A stretch of 16,838 bases of DNA, taken from contig CAZUAM010000069.1 of assembly GCA_964618095.1 (NCBI GenBank), positions 1 through 16,838 on the forward strand, in the 5' to 3' direction. The position numbers were made by a program, and so were the translations under genes. The notes beneath the pieces are model-generated. The model was not told the DNA's origin, made no database searches, and worked only from the letters and a program-made list of their open reading frames with translations. Of the stretch, positions 1-8,811 are shown one piece after another (positions within the stretch are counted from its first letter, which is position 1; each line of letters starts with the position of its first letter). The DNA is from an uncultured Planctomycetaceae bacterium (GTDB lineage Bacteria > Planctomycetota > Planctomycetia > Pirellulales > Thermoguttaceae).

Positions 1-1208
1 CAGCGGACGGCCAGGCCCGGGCCGGGGAACGGATGTCGCCAGACGATCTCCTCGGGCAGGCCCAGGGCCAGCCCCAGACTGCGGACCTCGTCCTTGAACA
101 GGTCCCGAAGCGGCTCGATCAGCTCGAACTGGAGGTCCTCGGGCAGCCCGCCCACGTTGTGGTGCAGCTTGATCGTGGCGGCCGGGCCGTCGCGGGCGCC
201 GCCGCTCTCGATCACGTCGGGGTAGAGGGTGCCCTGGGCGAGGAACCGGGCCCCTTCAATCCGGGCGGCCTCGTCGGCAAAGCACTCGATGAACGCATGG
301 CCGATTCGCCGGCGTTTCTCTTGGGGGTCGATCACACCGGCCAGGGCCGCCAGAAACTTCTCCTCGGCCCGGACCACGTGCAGGTCGGTCTGGAAATGAT
401 CGCTGAACTCCTCGATGACCGATTCGGCCTCGCCTTTGCGCAGCAGGCCGTTGTCGACCAGGATGCAGGAGAGCCGGCTGCCGACGGCCTCCCAGAGCAG
501 TGCGGCGACGACCGACGAATCGACCCCGCCCGAAAGCCCGCAAATCACCCGGTTCTCGCCAACCTGGTGGCGCATTCGGTCGATGGTCTCCCGGGCGAAA
601 TCGCCCAGCTTCCAGGTGCCGGAACACTTGCAGACGTCGCTGAGGAAGTTGCCCAGGATCTGGGTGCCCTGGGGCGTGTGGGTCACCTCGGGGTGGAATT
701 GCAGGCCGTAGACCGGCAGGCTGCGGTGCCTGACCGCGGCGAAGGGGCAGGTGTCGGTGGCGGCCAGCGGCAGAAAGTCGGCGGAGACCTCGGCCACCTG
801 GTCGCCGTGGCTCATCCAGACTTGGGTCTCCGGGGATACGCCGGCCAGCAGCGGGTCGGGGGCGACGATCCGGCAGCGGGCACGGCCATACTCCCGCGCC
901 GGCGTGCCTTCCACCTTGCCGCCCAACGCCTCGCAGGCCAACTGCATGCCGTAGCAGATGCCCAGCACGGGCAGCCCCAGCCGGAAGATGCCCGGGTCGC
1001 ACTTCGGGGCCCCCTCGTCGTAGACGCTCCGCGGCCCGCCGGAGAGAATGATCCCCATCGGGCCAAGCTGGCGGATTCGCTCGACGGGGAGGTCGTGGCG
1101 GATGATCTCGCAGTAGACCTCTTGCTGGCGGACGCGGCGGGCGATCAGTTGCGCGTACTGCGAGCCGAAATCGAGGACCAGCACCTTCTCGTCGGCAATC
1201 CGGCTCAT
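1..1208 (-). CDS. guaA: GMP synthase (glutamine-hydrolysing). The 3' end is truncated by the window edge. The N-terminus and start codon are inside the window.
   Basis: The reverse-complement translation from the ATG at 1208 reads [27 protein letters not shown]..., which is the class-I glutamine amidotransferase N-terminus of GuaA. It then continues through ...SGGVDSSV (ATP-PPase P-loop) to ...[19 protein letters not shown] at the window edge, with no stop codon. The frame runs to position 2. The + strand ORF 33..1241 is its antisense shadow. Confidence 0.9.
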   Translation of the reverse strand, partial: MSRIADEKVLVLDFGSQYAQLIARRVRQQEVYCEIIRHDLPVERIRQLGPMGIILSGGPRSVYDEGAPKCDPGIFRLGLPVLGICYGMQLACEALGGKVEGTPAREYGRARCRIVAPDPLLAGVSPETQVWMSHGDQVAEVSADFLPLAATDTCPFAAVRHRSLPVYGLQFHPEVTHTPQGTQILGNFLSDVCKCSGTWKLGDFARETIDRMRHQVGENRVICGLSGGVDSSVVAALLWEAVGSRLSCILVDNGLLRKGEAESVIEEFSDHFQTDLHVVRAEEKFLAALAGVIDPQEKRRRIGHAFIECFADEAARIEGARFLAQGTLYPDVIESGGARDGPAATIKLHHNVGGLPEDLQFELIEPLRDLFKDEVRSLGLALGLPEEIVWRHPFPGPGLAVR

Positions 1209-1245
1209 CGGGTCCTCCCGGGGGAAAACGGGGCATTATAGAACC
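1209..1245 (-). promoter_or_regulatory. guaA 5' leader. A GGGAGG Shine-Dalgarno sits 5 nt before the ATG, and a consensus TATAAT -10 hexamer lies about 27 nt upstream of the ATG on the minus strand.
   Basis: The minus-strand sequence reads ...TTCTATAATGCCCCGTTTTCCCCCGGGAGGACCCGATG. TATAAT is the complement of + strand 1235-1240 and GGGAGG is the complement of 1214-1219. I could not find a convincing -35. Confidence 0.35.
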
Positions 1246-1569
1246 GGGCCGCCCGTCCGGCCAGTGGCCTGTGGCACTGAATCGAGGCTGTTCGGGAACT
1301 CGGATTCGTGGAAAGCCGCGACCAGTGGTCGCGGAATTCCGCCGCCACTGGCGGCGGCTTTACACGGCGAACTGGGGCATCGAAATCACGTGTTCGCGAG
1401 AGTTTCCCGCGACGCGTTGCGTCCCGGCTACAAGCCATTACTGCTGCGACAAACCACTGGTGGAGCGAAGGGCCCGGGAATTGCCCTTTCCCCCCAAAGG
1501 AATTGCCGCAACTCGTTTTCGCGCCGCGGGTTACGATTCCGGCCGTTGAAAGCTCGGGCGGGCCTGGTT

Positions 1570-2499
1570 ATGATGGAGTTAGCCCTCATGGAAGGTGGAA
1601 GGACCCGTGTTTCTCAGCAGCAGTCCGCTGGCGTGCTCATCCTACTGACCAACGACGACGGAGTATATGCCCCCGGCTTGGCCGCGCTCGAACGCCAGTT
1701 GCGGCGCCTGGGCGAGCTCTGGGTGGTGGCTCCGGCGGCAGAGCAAAGCGGGGTGGGACACTCGATCACCTATCTGACGCCGCTGATCGTCAAGGAGGTC
1801 TTCCACGGCAAACGGCGCTGGGGCTGGGCGGTCGAGGGCAGCCCGGCCGATTGCGTCAAGCTGGGCATTACGGACCTCTGTCCCCGGCCGCCGGAGCTGA
1901 TCGTCAGCGGGATCAACGGCGGGCTAAACGCGGGGATCAACGTGCTCTACTCGGGCACGGTGGCGGCGGCAATCGAAGGGGCGTTTTTCGGGATTACCAG
2001 TGTGGCGGTCTCGTTGGAGTACGACGAGCACGCCCAGTTCGACAAGGCCGCCCGGCTGGCACGCGAGATCATCCAGCAGGTCCTGGAAAAGAAGGGACCC
2101 GAGCCGCAACTGTACAACCTGAATATCCCCACGGCCGCCCTGGAGGGGACGCCCAAGGTGAGCATCGTGCCCATGGACGTCACCCGATACGGCGACAAAT
2201 TCGAGAAGCGAACCGATCCCTGGGGTCGCGAGTACTATTGGCTGACGGGCGAACCGCCCACGGCAACCGAAGGAGAGGAGACCGACCTCTCGGCATTGGC
2301 CAAGGGCCAGGTGACGCTGACGCCGTTGGACTACAACATGACCAGAAAGTCGGTCCTGGCCCAGATGCAGCCGTGGCAGTTCCGCCTGGCCGAGGTTCGG
2401 TCGGAGGATGGTCCGGAGGACGAAGCCGGCTCGCGAAGGCCGGTGATCAGATCGGCACGAAAAATGCGGCAGGTGGTATCTGATCAACCTGACCAGTAG
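1570..2499 (+). CDS. surE: 5'/3'-nucleotidase SurE, with a roughly 50-aa C-terminal extension beyond the usual SurE fold.
   Basis: The translation contains ...GVLILLTNDDGVYAPGLAALERQL..WVVAPAAEQSGVGHSITYLTPL..SGINGGLNAGINVLYSGTVAAAIEGAFFGITSVAVSL...LTPLDYNMT, which is a canonical SurE N-terminal DDG motif and core. The start is uncertain. In-frame ATGs occur at 1570, 1573 and 1588, and a GTG at 1633 would give the classic M-ILLTNDDG N-terminus. The ORF-track start at 1264 is far upstream of the conserved domain. The TAG stop is at 2497-2499. Confidence 0.85.
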   Translation: MMELALMEGGRTRVSQQQSAGVLILLTNDDGVYAPGLAALERQLRRLGELWVVAPAAEQSGVGHSITYLTPLIVKEVFHGKRRWGWAVEGSPADCVKLGITDLCPRPPELIVSGINGGLNAGINVLYSGTVAAAIEGAFFGITSVAVSLEYDEHAQFDKAARLAREIIQQVLEKKGPEPQLYNLNIPTAALEGTPKVSIVPMDVTRYGDKFEKRTDPWGREYYWLTGEPPTATEGEETDLSALAKGQVTLTPLDYNMTRKSVLAQMQPWQFRLAEVRSEDGPEDEAGSRRPVIRSARKMRQVVSDQPDQ

Positions 2500-2584
2500 T
2501 CCGCCAGTCTTGAGTCGAGCGAATTATTGGAGTTTGCATACACTCACTTGCCGATAGCCGGTGGCTGACGGTCACTGGGCCGGC

Positions 2585-2605
2585 CCGGCAGGCAACGCCT
2601 GCCGG
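2585..2605 (+). terminator. GC-rich hairpin downstream of surE: CCGGCAGGC-AAC-GCCTGCCGG, a 9-bp stem with a 3-nt loop. It could be a terminator or a stability element.
   Basis: The inverted repeat is perfect. It lies 86 nt after the surE stop. A short T run (TTCAGTTTT, 2621-2629) follows only after a 15-nt gap, so it is not a textbook intrinsic terminator. Confidence 0.25.
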
Positions 2606-2659
2606 CCACATAGGAGATGTTCAGTTTTGCCACCCGGCAGCTAACAGGAGGGTGAGAAA

Positions 2660-3199
2660 ATGCAACGGAACCTGACGGCGTTGATCCTGACGACGATCGT
2701 CATCGCCGGCTGCGGAGGCGACGATCCCTTCGACCCCGACAGGCCCCGCCGGGGGCCGGCCACCCAGTTGGGAGGGCAACTGGCGCCGGTCGATGAGCAG
2801 GGGCAGCCCGTGGGCGGTCAGCCGGCTCCCCCGCCGCCGCCATCCTCCGGGCAGCAATCGCAGAACGGGGGCGCACTGCCGCCACCGCCTCCTCCGCCGG
2901 GCGTGAACACGGTGCAAGAGGAAGCCCAACCGGGTGTGACCGGCAAAGGCCAGGACTACGGCGGCGGACTGATCACCACGCCGGTTGCCGCTTACTTTTC
3001 CACCGGGGAACGGATCGTCTTCAACATCCAGATCCCGCATACGCTGCGGAACTACACGGCCTTGCATGGCCCACCGAAAACGCACGAGGAGTTCATGGAG
3101 AAGGTCATCAAGGGTATCGCGCTGCCGGATCTGCCCGACGGCCACCGGTACGTCTTCGACCCGGAAAGGCAACAACTGATGGTGGAACACCCCAGGTAG
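2660..3199 (+). CDS. Small lipoprotein of unknown function. It has a Pro/Gly/Gln-rich linker and a C-terminal domain of about 80 aa.
   Basis: The start is MQRNLTALILTTIVIAGC GGDD, a signal peptide with a lipobox (IAGC). A strong RBS (AGGAGGGTGAGAAA) sits immediately upstream of the ATG. The low-complexity stretch PAPPPPPSSGQQSQNGGALPPPPPPPG is followed by a non-repetitive C-terminal region. Confidence 0.8.
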   Translation: MQRNLTALILTTIVIAGCGGDDPFDPDRPRRGPATQLGGQLAPVDEQGQPVGGQPAPPPPPSSGQQSQNGGALPPPPPPPGVNTVQEEAQPGVTGKGQDYGGGLITTPVAAYFSTGERIVFNIQIPHTLRNYTALHGPPKTHEEFMEKVIKGIALPDLPDGHRYVFDPERQQLMVEHPR

Positions 3200-3324
3200 G
3201 AACGTCGTGCAAGAGAAGCAGGAAAGGACGGGAAGGAACGCAGGCATTTTGACACCTTGAGGTCTCGGCGTTTGGGCACTTCGGCCGCGCGTCGAAACCA
3301 CGCAAGCAACAGGTTTGACTCCCC

Positions 3325-3852
3325 ATGAGACGGCACCTTGCTCTTGTGATCGCCGTGTCGGCGATCGCGCCGGTTTGTGCCACCCCCGCACAAGCCGAAA
3401 GTTGGCTCTTCAAGCCTTCCACGTTCAGCCATCACCCGGTGACGGGCGCCCGGGTCAACCAGTACGCCGCGAAGAAGCCCTCGTACGTACGTACGGATGG
3501 GACTTATCTGGAGAGCGGTTACCGGCACATGCGCTTCAACATCCGCGCCGGCGGCAGCGCCGACCGGCTGCACGTGGTACAGAGCTGGGGCGCAGGCGAA
3601 GCCATCCGGCCCTACGGCGAATGGCAATTTCCCTTCCGTGCCGGCGCCACGCCCTATGGCCCTTGGGGTAATCCGCGGGGACCGTGGACGATGCCGTACG
3701 ACTCCTGGGTAAACCCCTACGGCCAGTGGAACCGCTATCCCTATCTCCCCTGGGGGCCCGGATCCGTCCGTCCGCCTGCCCCCGGGCACGGCCCTCCGGC
3801 TGCGACGCCGTATCAAGCGACGCCTCAACATCCGTCTGGGTATCCCTACTAA
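3325..3852 (+). CDS. Secreted protein of unknown function with an aromatic-rich repeat region (P-Y/W-G-x-W motifs).
   Basis: The N-terminus MRRHLALVIAVSAIAPVCATPAQA|ESW is a Sec signal peptide with an AQA cleavage motif. The C-terminal half has six or more copies of short motifs: PYGEW, PYGPW, PRGPW, PYDSW, PYGQW and PYLPW. It ends in a Pro-rich tail. Confidence 0.7.
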   Translation: MRRHLALVIAVSAIAPVCATPAQAESWLFKPSTFSHHPVTGARVNQYAAKKPSYVRTDGTYLESGYRHMRFNIRAGGSADRLHVVQSWGAGEAIRPYGEWQFPFRAGATPYGPWGNPRGPWTMPYDSWVNPYGQWNRYPYLPWGPGSVRPPAPGHGPPAATPYQATPQHPSGYPY

Positions 3853-3854
3853 GG

Positions 3855-3985
3855 GCCAATCCCAGAACCCGACGCACGAGGAATGGGTGCCTGGGGTCGA
3901 GCGCAGCGAGCCCCCAGGAAGCGAGACCCTAGGGCGTCGCTGCGCTCCGCCGCCAGCCACCCCGATTCCGGTTCTGGGATAGGCT
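3855..3985. repeat. MITE/REP-like palindromic element, copy A. It has roughly 16-bp imperfect terminal inverted repeats and a long internal palindrome.
   Basis: The termini are GCCAATCCCAGAACC (3855-3869) and GGTTCTGGGATAGGCT (3970-3985). The internal palindrome is GGGTGCCTGGGGTCGAGCGCAGCGAGCCCCC ... GGGCGTCGCTGCGCTCCGCCGCCAGCCACCC. CTAAGG flanks both ends (3849-3854 and 3986-3991) and may be a target-site duplication. The core shares more than 30 nt with the element at 8315-8393. The element has no coding capacity. The ORF-track peptides GSLRSTP read through it on both strands because of the palindrome. Confidence 0.55.
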
Positions 3986-4620
3986 CTAAGGATCGGCCGA
4001 CAAACAACTTGGGGAGCGTCCCGATTTTTGCGCAGCGAAAATGGGGCTGTTTCCTTCTGGAATCCTCCGGCGGGGCGTTTTCGAGCGGCTGCTTGGACTC
4101 CGGCCCCCGCTTCTGGAGATCCCTCCCGGCCCCTACAACCGGCCGTTTGCGAAATTCCGCTGGAAATTCGTTTTACGTCACAGCCGGGGAGTCGAACGAA
4201 ACGTACGATTCAGTAGCGGCTCAAAGTTCGATAACAACGGTTCAATTCTCCAGAGCCCCAACGGGGGCCAGAGTCAATCGGCAGAATCGTTTCGCCTTGG
4301 TGTGAAGACGGGAATGCTATGGGGGATTCTGAAGGGACAACAGAAGTGTACCTTCTACCCGTCTGTCGCCTCAAGGCGCTTCGATCCCGACGCGCGCCGT
4401 CTTGGCCGGGACCGACATCCCGGGCAATTGACCGCCGCGTTCCCGGGGCCGAGAGTCAGAGACCGCAGAGCAAGAGTGGGGGGGTGTTCTTTGAAGACCA
4501 TTTGGCTGGGACGGTTCATCAGCGACTCACGTCGCACGGGCATCTTGCCCGCGTTTCCCAGTCACGGGTTCCCAGCCGCGGGCCGGAAGTCTGTGCTACG
4601 CCCCCTGTGAACGATTCGGG

Positions 4621-6012
4621 TTGGACGTTCGGACAAGGCGGGATCGACAGACGGAGAGCACGGTGCAGATCACTCAGAAGACGAGCTTGCAGGGTACAAG
4701 GCTGCTGGGGAAGTGTGCCGGATGTTCGTTGCCCCTGCCGTTGCGACTGCCGGACGGTGACGAGCGGGCCTCGGAGTGGGTGTGCGTCGGCTGCGGCACG
4801 AGCTACAAGGCAATCCTGCTGGAGGACTGGCCGCCCGAGTTTCGTCGATACGTTCGCCGGGCGGCTTCTGGATCCGAGCAGAAGGAGACACCTGTTTCGC
4901 GGGAGGCGCCGGCGGATTTTGCAGTCGAGCACGGTGAGCCGCAGCAGGAACCCGTTGCCACCGGTTTGCCGAGCCGACGGGGAACTCGCTGCGAGATCGA
5001 GACCGCTCTGAGCCGCCGGTTCGACGCGGAAATCGCCCTGGGAATGAACCTCGAGGTACGGCCGCAAGGCGCACCGTTTGTCAAGCGAATCCGCTGGCAC
5101 GGCGTCCAGCCCTACGAGGAGCGGGCAATTCTGCGGTTTCGCGAGCTGATTCACCACGCTTCCGAGCAACTGGGCGATCTGTTTACCGCCTTGAAAGTCG
5201 GCAACTCGGCCGAGCTCCGCGTCACCGAATCGATCTCCCAGGACGGGCTTTCCCGGGTGGCCGAGGACCGCGACCTGTTCGTCAACCTGGGCATCACCTT
5301 GCCTTCGGACGACTACCCCAGTCAGCACGCCCTGCGCGTGAGCATGTTGGCCATGTCGGTCGGGGCAACCCTGGGTTGGGACGAGAGAACGCTCCTCGAC
5401 CTCGGGATCGGCTGTCTGATCCATGACCTGGGGATGTTGAGCCTCGACCGTGCGACGTACCGGGACAAGCGGGTCCTCTCCGCCGCCGATTTCGCGGAAA
5501 TTGCCAAGCACCCCCTGCTCACCTTCGAATTGCTGCACCAACATCTGGACCGCATTCCCACCGCCGCCCGAATGGTCGCCTACCAAATCCACGAACGCTG
5601 CAACGGGACCGGCTACCCTCGCGGCTATCCGGGAAATCGGATTCACAATCTGGCCGGAATCGCCGCCGTGGCCGACGTGTTCGTGGCACTGGTATCTGAA
5701 CGTCCCTATCGACCGGGAATAATTCCTTACCAGGCGGTGAGGAGGATCCTGCACGATACGAGAGACGGTCTCTTCGACGCGGGAGTCGTGCGCGGGCTGC
5801 TGGAGACCGTTTCGCTGTTTCCGATCAGCTCCTACGTCAAGTTGAACGACGGGCGGGTGGGAAAAGTCATTCGTTCCACCGCAGAGCACTATGACCGGCC
5901 GATTATTGAACTCTCGGGGCGCGGCGATCCACTCCAGAAGGCGGATGTGATTGATCTTTCCGGGCAACCGGAAGTGCATATCGCCAGCGTTCTTGCCCAG
6001 CCGGGCTCATAG
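4621..6012 (+). CDS. HD-GYP domain phosphodiesterase (cyclic dinucleotide phosphodiesterase family) with an N-terminal CxxC...CxxC zinc ribbon.
   Basis: The HD-GYP hallmarks are present: HALRVSMLAMSVG, LIHDLGM (the HD motif) and IHERCNGTGYPRGY (the HHExxDGxGYP-type GYP motif). The N-terminus has GKCAGCS...(19)...CVGCGTSY. No ATG is available. The candidate starts are TTG at 4621 or GTG at 4663. Confidence 0.85.
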   Translation: MDVRTRRDRQTESTVQITQKTSLQGTRLLGKCAGCSLPLPLRLPDGDERASEWVCVGCGTSYKAILLEDWPPEFRRYVRRAASGSEQKETPVSREAPADFAVEHGEPQQEPVATGLPSRRGTRCEIETALSRRFDAEIALGMNLEVRPQGAPFVKRIRWHGVQPYEERAILRFRELIHHASEQLGDLFTALKVGNSAELRVTESISQDGLSRVAEDRDLFVNLGITLPSDDYPSQHALRVSMLAMSVGATLGWDERTLLDLGIGCLIHDLGMLSLDRATYRDKRVLSAADFAEIAKHPLLTFELLHQHLDRIPTAARMVAYQIHERCNGTGYPRGYPGNRIHNLAGIAAVADVFVALVSERPYRPGIIPYQAVRRILHDTRDGLFDAGVVRGLLETVSLFPISSYVKLNDGRVGKVIRSTAEHYDRPIIELSGRGDPLQKADVIDLSGQPEVHIASVLAQPGS

Positions 6013-6062
6013 CCGGGGCTAACCAAAGGCTCGTCGAAAACCCTGCAGCCAGGCAACCGGAT

Positions 6063-6680
6063 TCAGAATCTCCCCGGGTCGTTCTTCCACTCGTAACCCA
6101 CGATCCTCCAGCCCTCCGGTGTCCGGCGCAGGCGGAGAGTAAGATCCTTGATCGGGTAGTTGTCGTGGATCATTTGCCCGGTCAGGTCCTCGAACCGGAC
6201 GTGGCCGGTGATCTGGGCCGTGGCGGTGGGCGGGCTGGTCAGGCGATTGATCTTGATCTCCAGATCGGTGATCTTAACCTTCGTGAATTCGATGCGATTC
6301 AGCGCATAGCGCACCCGCTCCCGCGTTTCCACGGCCGATTCGGCGAGGTACTCTTCTGAGCCGAGCAGGCGGGTTTGGTCGTTGGCCTGGAGTGCCGCCG
6401 CTGCGCCCTCCAGGGTGGCCTCCACCTGCTCCCACTCGGTCACCACCAGCCGCTCCAGGCCCACCCCGCCCAGCACCAGGACCAGCACGCCGGCCATCGC
6501 CCACAGAACCACGCCGCGTCCGCTCATCAGCAGGATGATGCCCAGCACGGCTTCGGCAACGACGCCGAAGAGGATGACGGGCATGGGGTTTTCAACAAGC
6601 GTGGTCATTGCGGAACGCCCAATCTCGAATGACGACTGACGCACACGCCGATGACGCTTATGTTTAGCCGCCGCCGGCAC
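6063..6680 (-). CDS. Membrane protein of unknown function. It has two N-terminal TM helices and a soluble C-terminal domain of about 130 aa.
   Basis: The translation reads ...MTTLVENPMPVILFGVVAEAVLGIILLMSGRGVVLWAMAGVLVLVLGGVGL (two hydrophobic helices) and then a charged domain. A GTG start at 6680 gives a basic N-tail and follows TAGGG by 10 nt. An alternative ATG start at 6608 is possible. Confidence 0.6.
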   Translation of the reverse strand: MPAAAKHKRHRRVRQSSFEIGRSAMTTLVENPMPVILFGVVAEAVLGIILLMSGRGVVLWAMAGVLVLVLGGVGLERLVVTEWEQVEATLEGAAAALQANDQTRLLGSEEYLAESAVETRERVRYALNRIEFTKVKITDLEIKINRLTSPPTATAQITGHVRFEDLTGQMIHDNYPIKDLTLRLRRTPEGWRIVGYEWKNDPGRF

Positions 6681-6695
6681 GGCGGCGCAGCCCTA
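6663..6695. repeat. GC-rich hairpin element TTTAGCCGCCGCCGGCACGGCGGCGCAGCCCTAA. It belongs to the same family as the elements at 16351-16417.
   Basis: It aligns to 16351-16380 (TTTAGCCGCCGATGGCACGTCGGCGCGGCA) with about 4 mismatches over 30 nt. It is internally self-complementary (CGCCGCCG / CGGCGGCG). Confidence 0.4.
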
Positions 6696-6740
6696 ATTGC
6701 AAATTGAAAACTGAAAACTGCAAATTGCAAATTGGACCGG
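6696..6740. repeat. AT-rich heptanucleotide tandem array a, with about 6 units: ATTGCAA ATTGAAA ACTGAAA ACTGCAA ATTGCAA ATTGG.
   Basis: The 7-bp periodicity is perfect. GC content is about 30% in a genome of about 67% GC. The array lies between the eno stop (6790) and the next minus-strand gene start. It shares the 13-mer TGCAAATTGAAAA with the array at 13196-13240. Confidence 0.6.
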
Positions 6741-6789
6741 AGAGTGCAGGGGATCCTTGGCGCCGCCCGTCCGATCCGCTCAAGCCAGC

Positions 6790-8397
<1,608 letters not shown>

Positions 8398-8811
8398 TCA
8401 GATTTGGAAGTACTGACTTTGCCACGGTTGCGGCCTATGCCAGGTTTGTCCGGAGTCCTGCGAATCGCAGATTCAAGGCCCTACTCTCCCTCCAGGAGAG
8501 GGTTAGGATGAAGGAGGGTGGCGAAGATTCTGCCCCTCCAATTCTCTCAGATGACGAATCTTCCTTTCCCCCAACCCTCCCCGGGAAGCAGAGGGAGGTG
8601 TTGGTGGAGTCCTCCGAACAAGCTGCAAACTCCCGGTCCGCCCTTGTTCATGCCATCGCAGCAAGGTACCCTGCATCATAGACAGGGCTTTGCGCCATTC
8701 AAACAAGGTGCTGCGCGGTTTGGGCATCGGGCGCATCAGGGCAGAAACGTGGCAGCCCTCGGCACCGAGTTGGACATGGAACTCAAACCTGCCACCGATA
8801 GGACGGGGATT

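Noticed and set aside
33-1241. Long + strand ORF (402 aa) overlapping guaA.
   Set aside because: It is the antisense shadow of the clearly identifiable GMP synthase frame on the minus strand. It has Arg/Gly/Pro-rich composition typical of out-of-frame high-GC sequence.
4165-4260. tRNA-like fragments (GGAGTCGAAC, GGTTCAATTCTCC) in the HD-GYP upstream region.
   Set aside because: I could not assemble a cloverleaf. The T-stem pairing fails and there is no acceptor stem, D-arm or anticodon arm. It is probably a chance resemblance.
6696-6740. CRISPR array interpretation of the tandem repeats.
   Set aside because: The units are 7 bp with no spacers. There are no cas genes in the window.
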